Below are positions 63,557 through 64,000 of a DNA stretch of 64,000 bases, piece by piece. Below the pieces are notes generated by a model that ran no database searches, was not told where the DNA came from, and saw only the letters and a list, made by a program, of their open reading frames with translations. Made by a program: the position numbers and the translations under genes. Each line of letters starts with the position of its first letter. Position 1 is the first letter of the stretch. The stretch spans positions 1-64,000 of the forward strand of contig NW_021834018.1 of assembly GCF_006345805.1 (NCBI RefSeq), in the 5' to 3' direction. This DNA comes from Octopus sinensis. Its lineage: Eukaryota.

Positions 63557-64000
63557 GTGTATATATATATATGTATATATATATATATGTGTATATATAT
63601 ATATTATATATATATATTATATATATGTATGTACATGTGCGTGAGTGTGTGCGTTTAAATAGAAAGGGATAGAAAGAGAAAAGAAAGAGGGGGGAGAGAA
63701 AATATCATAGACAAAGTATATGTGCGTGTGAACGTGTGCACGTGCGTGTATGTGTGTTTGCGTGTGTGTGTGGTGTGTGTTTGTGAACACATGTATAAAA
63801 AATATATAGATACAAATTTCGTACGAGACTTTTCACCTCAGTTGCAAGCGATTTTAATGATATGTAAATATATTGTGTGAAAAAACTACGTATAGTAAAT
63901 TGGAACCTTTTATGATTGTCAACAATACTTCTATTATTTAGTTTATGGCATGTTATATGATAATTTCTATCTGCGTATTGTACGTCGCCACCTCTACATA

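Overview
This is AT-rich, microsatellite-saturated metazoan DNA, most likely an octopus (coleoid cephalopod), judged from its tRNA-derived SINE families and (TA)n/(AAT)n/(CA)n load. Almost all ORFs in the supplied track are microsatellite or SINE artefacts. One spliced protein-coding gene is supported on the minus strand: exons at about 43295-43480, 37066-37201, 18040-18240 and 15857-15944, with compatible intron phases, an unknown product and a weak MATH/TRAF-like look. The rest is retroelement debris: dozens of copies of three or more tRNA-SINE families with shuffled tails, R4/Dong-type LINE fragments nested in (AAT)n, an RTE-type 3' end, a Helitron helicase relic, a Penelope-like (PLE) GIY-YIG relic, two foldback elements, a 34-bp minisatellite and a 1.34-kb tandem duplication. 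The most interesting signal is RNA-level. At 61331-62425 a 352-bp unit carrying an intact minimal type I hammerhead ribozyme (CUGACGA...GAAA...GUC) lies in an inverted-plus-tandem array. This looks like a retrozyme that should release a 352-nt, circularisable RNA. A tRNA-headed, hammerhead-tailed SINE-like element sits at 50713-51137, and several more PLE-type hammerhead variants are scattered through the window. Repeat coordinates were read by eye and are approximate. No searches or folding programs were run.
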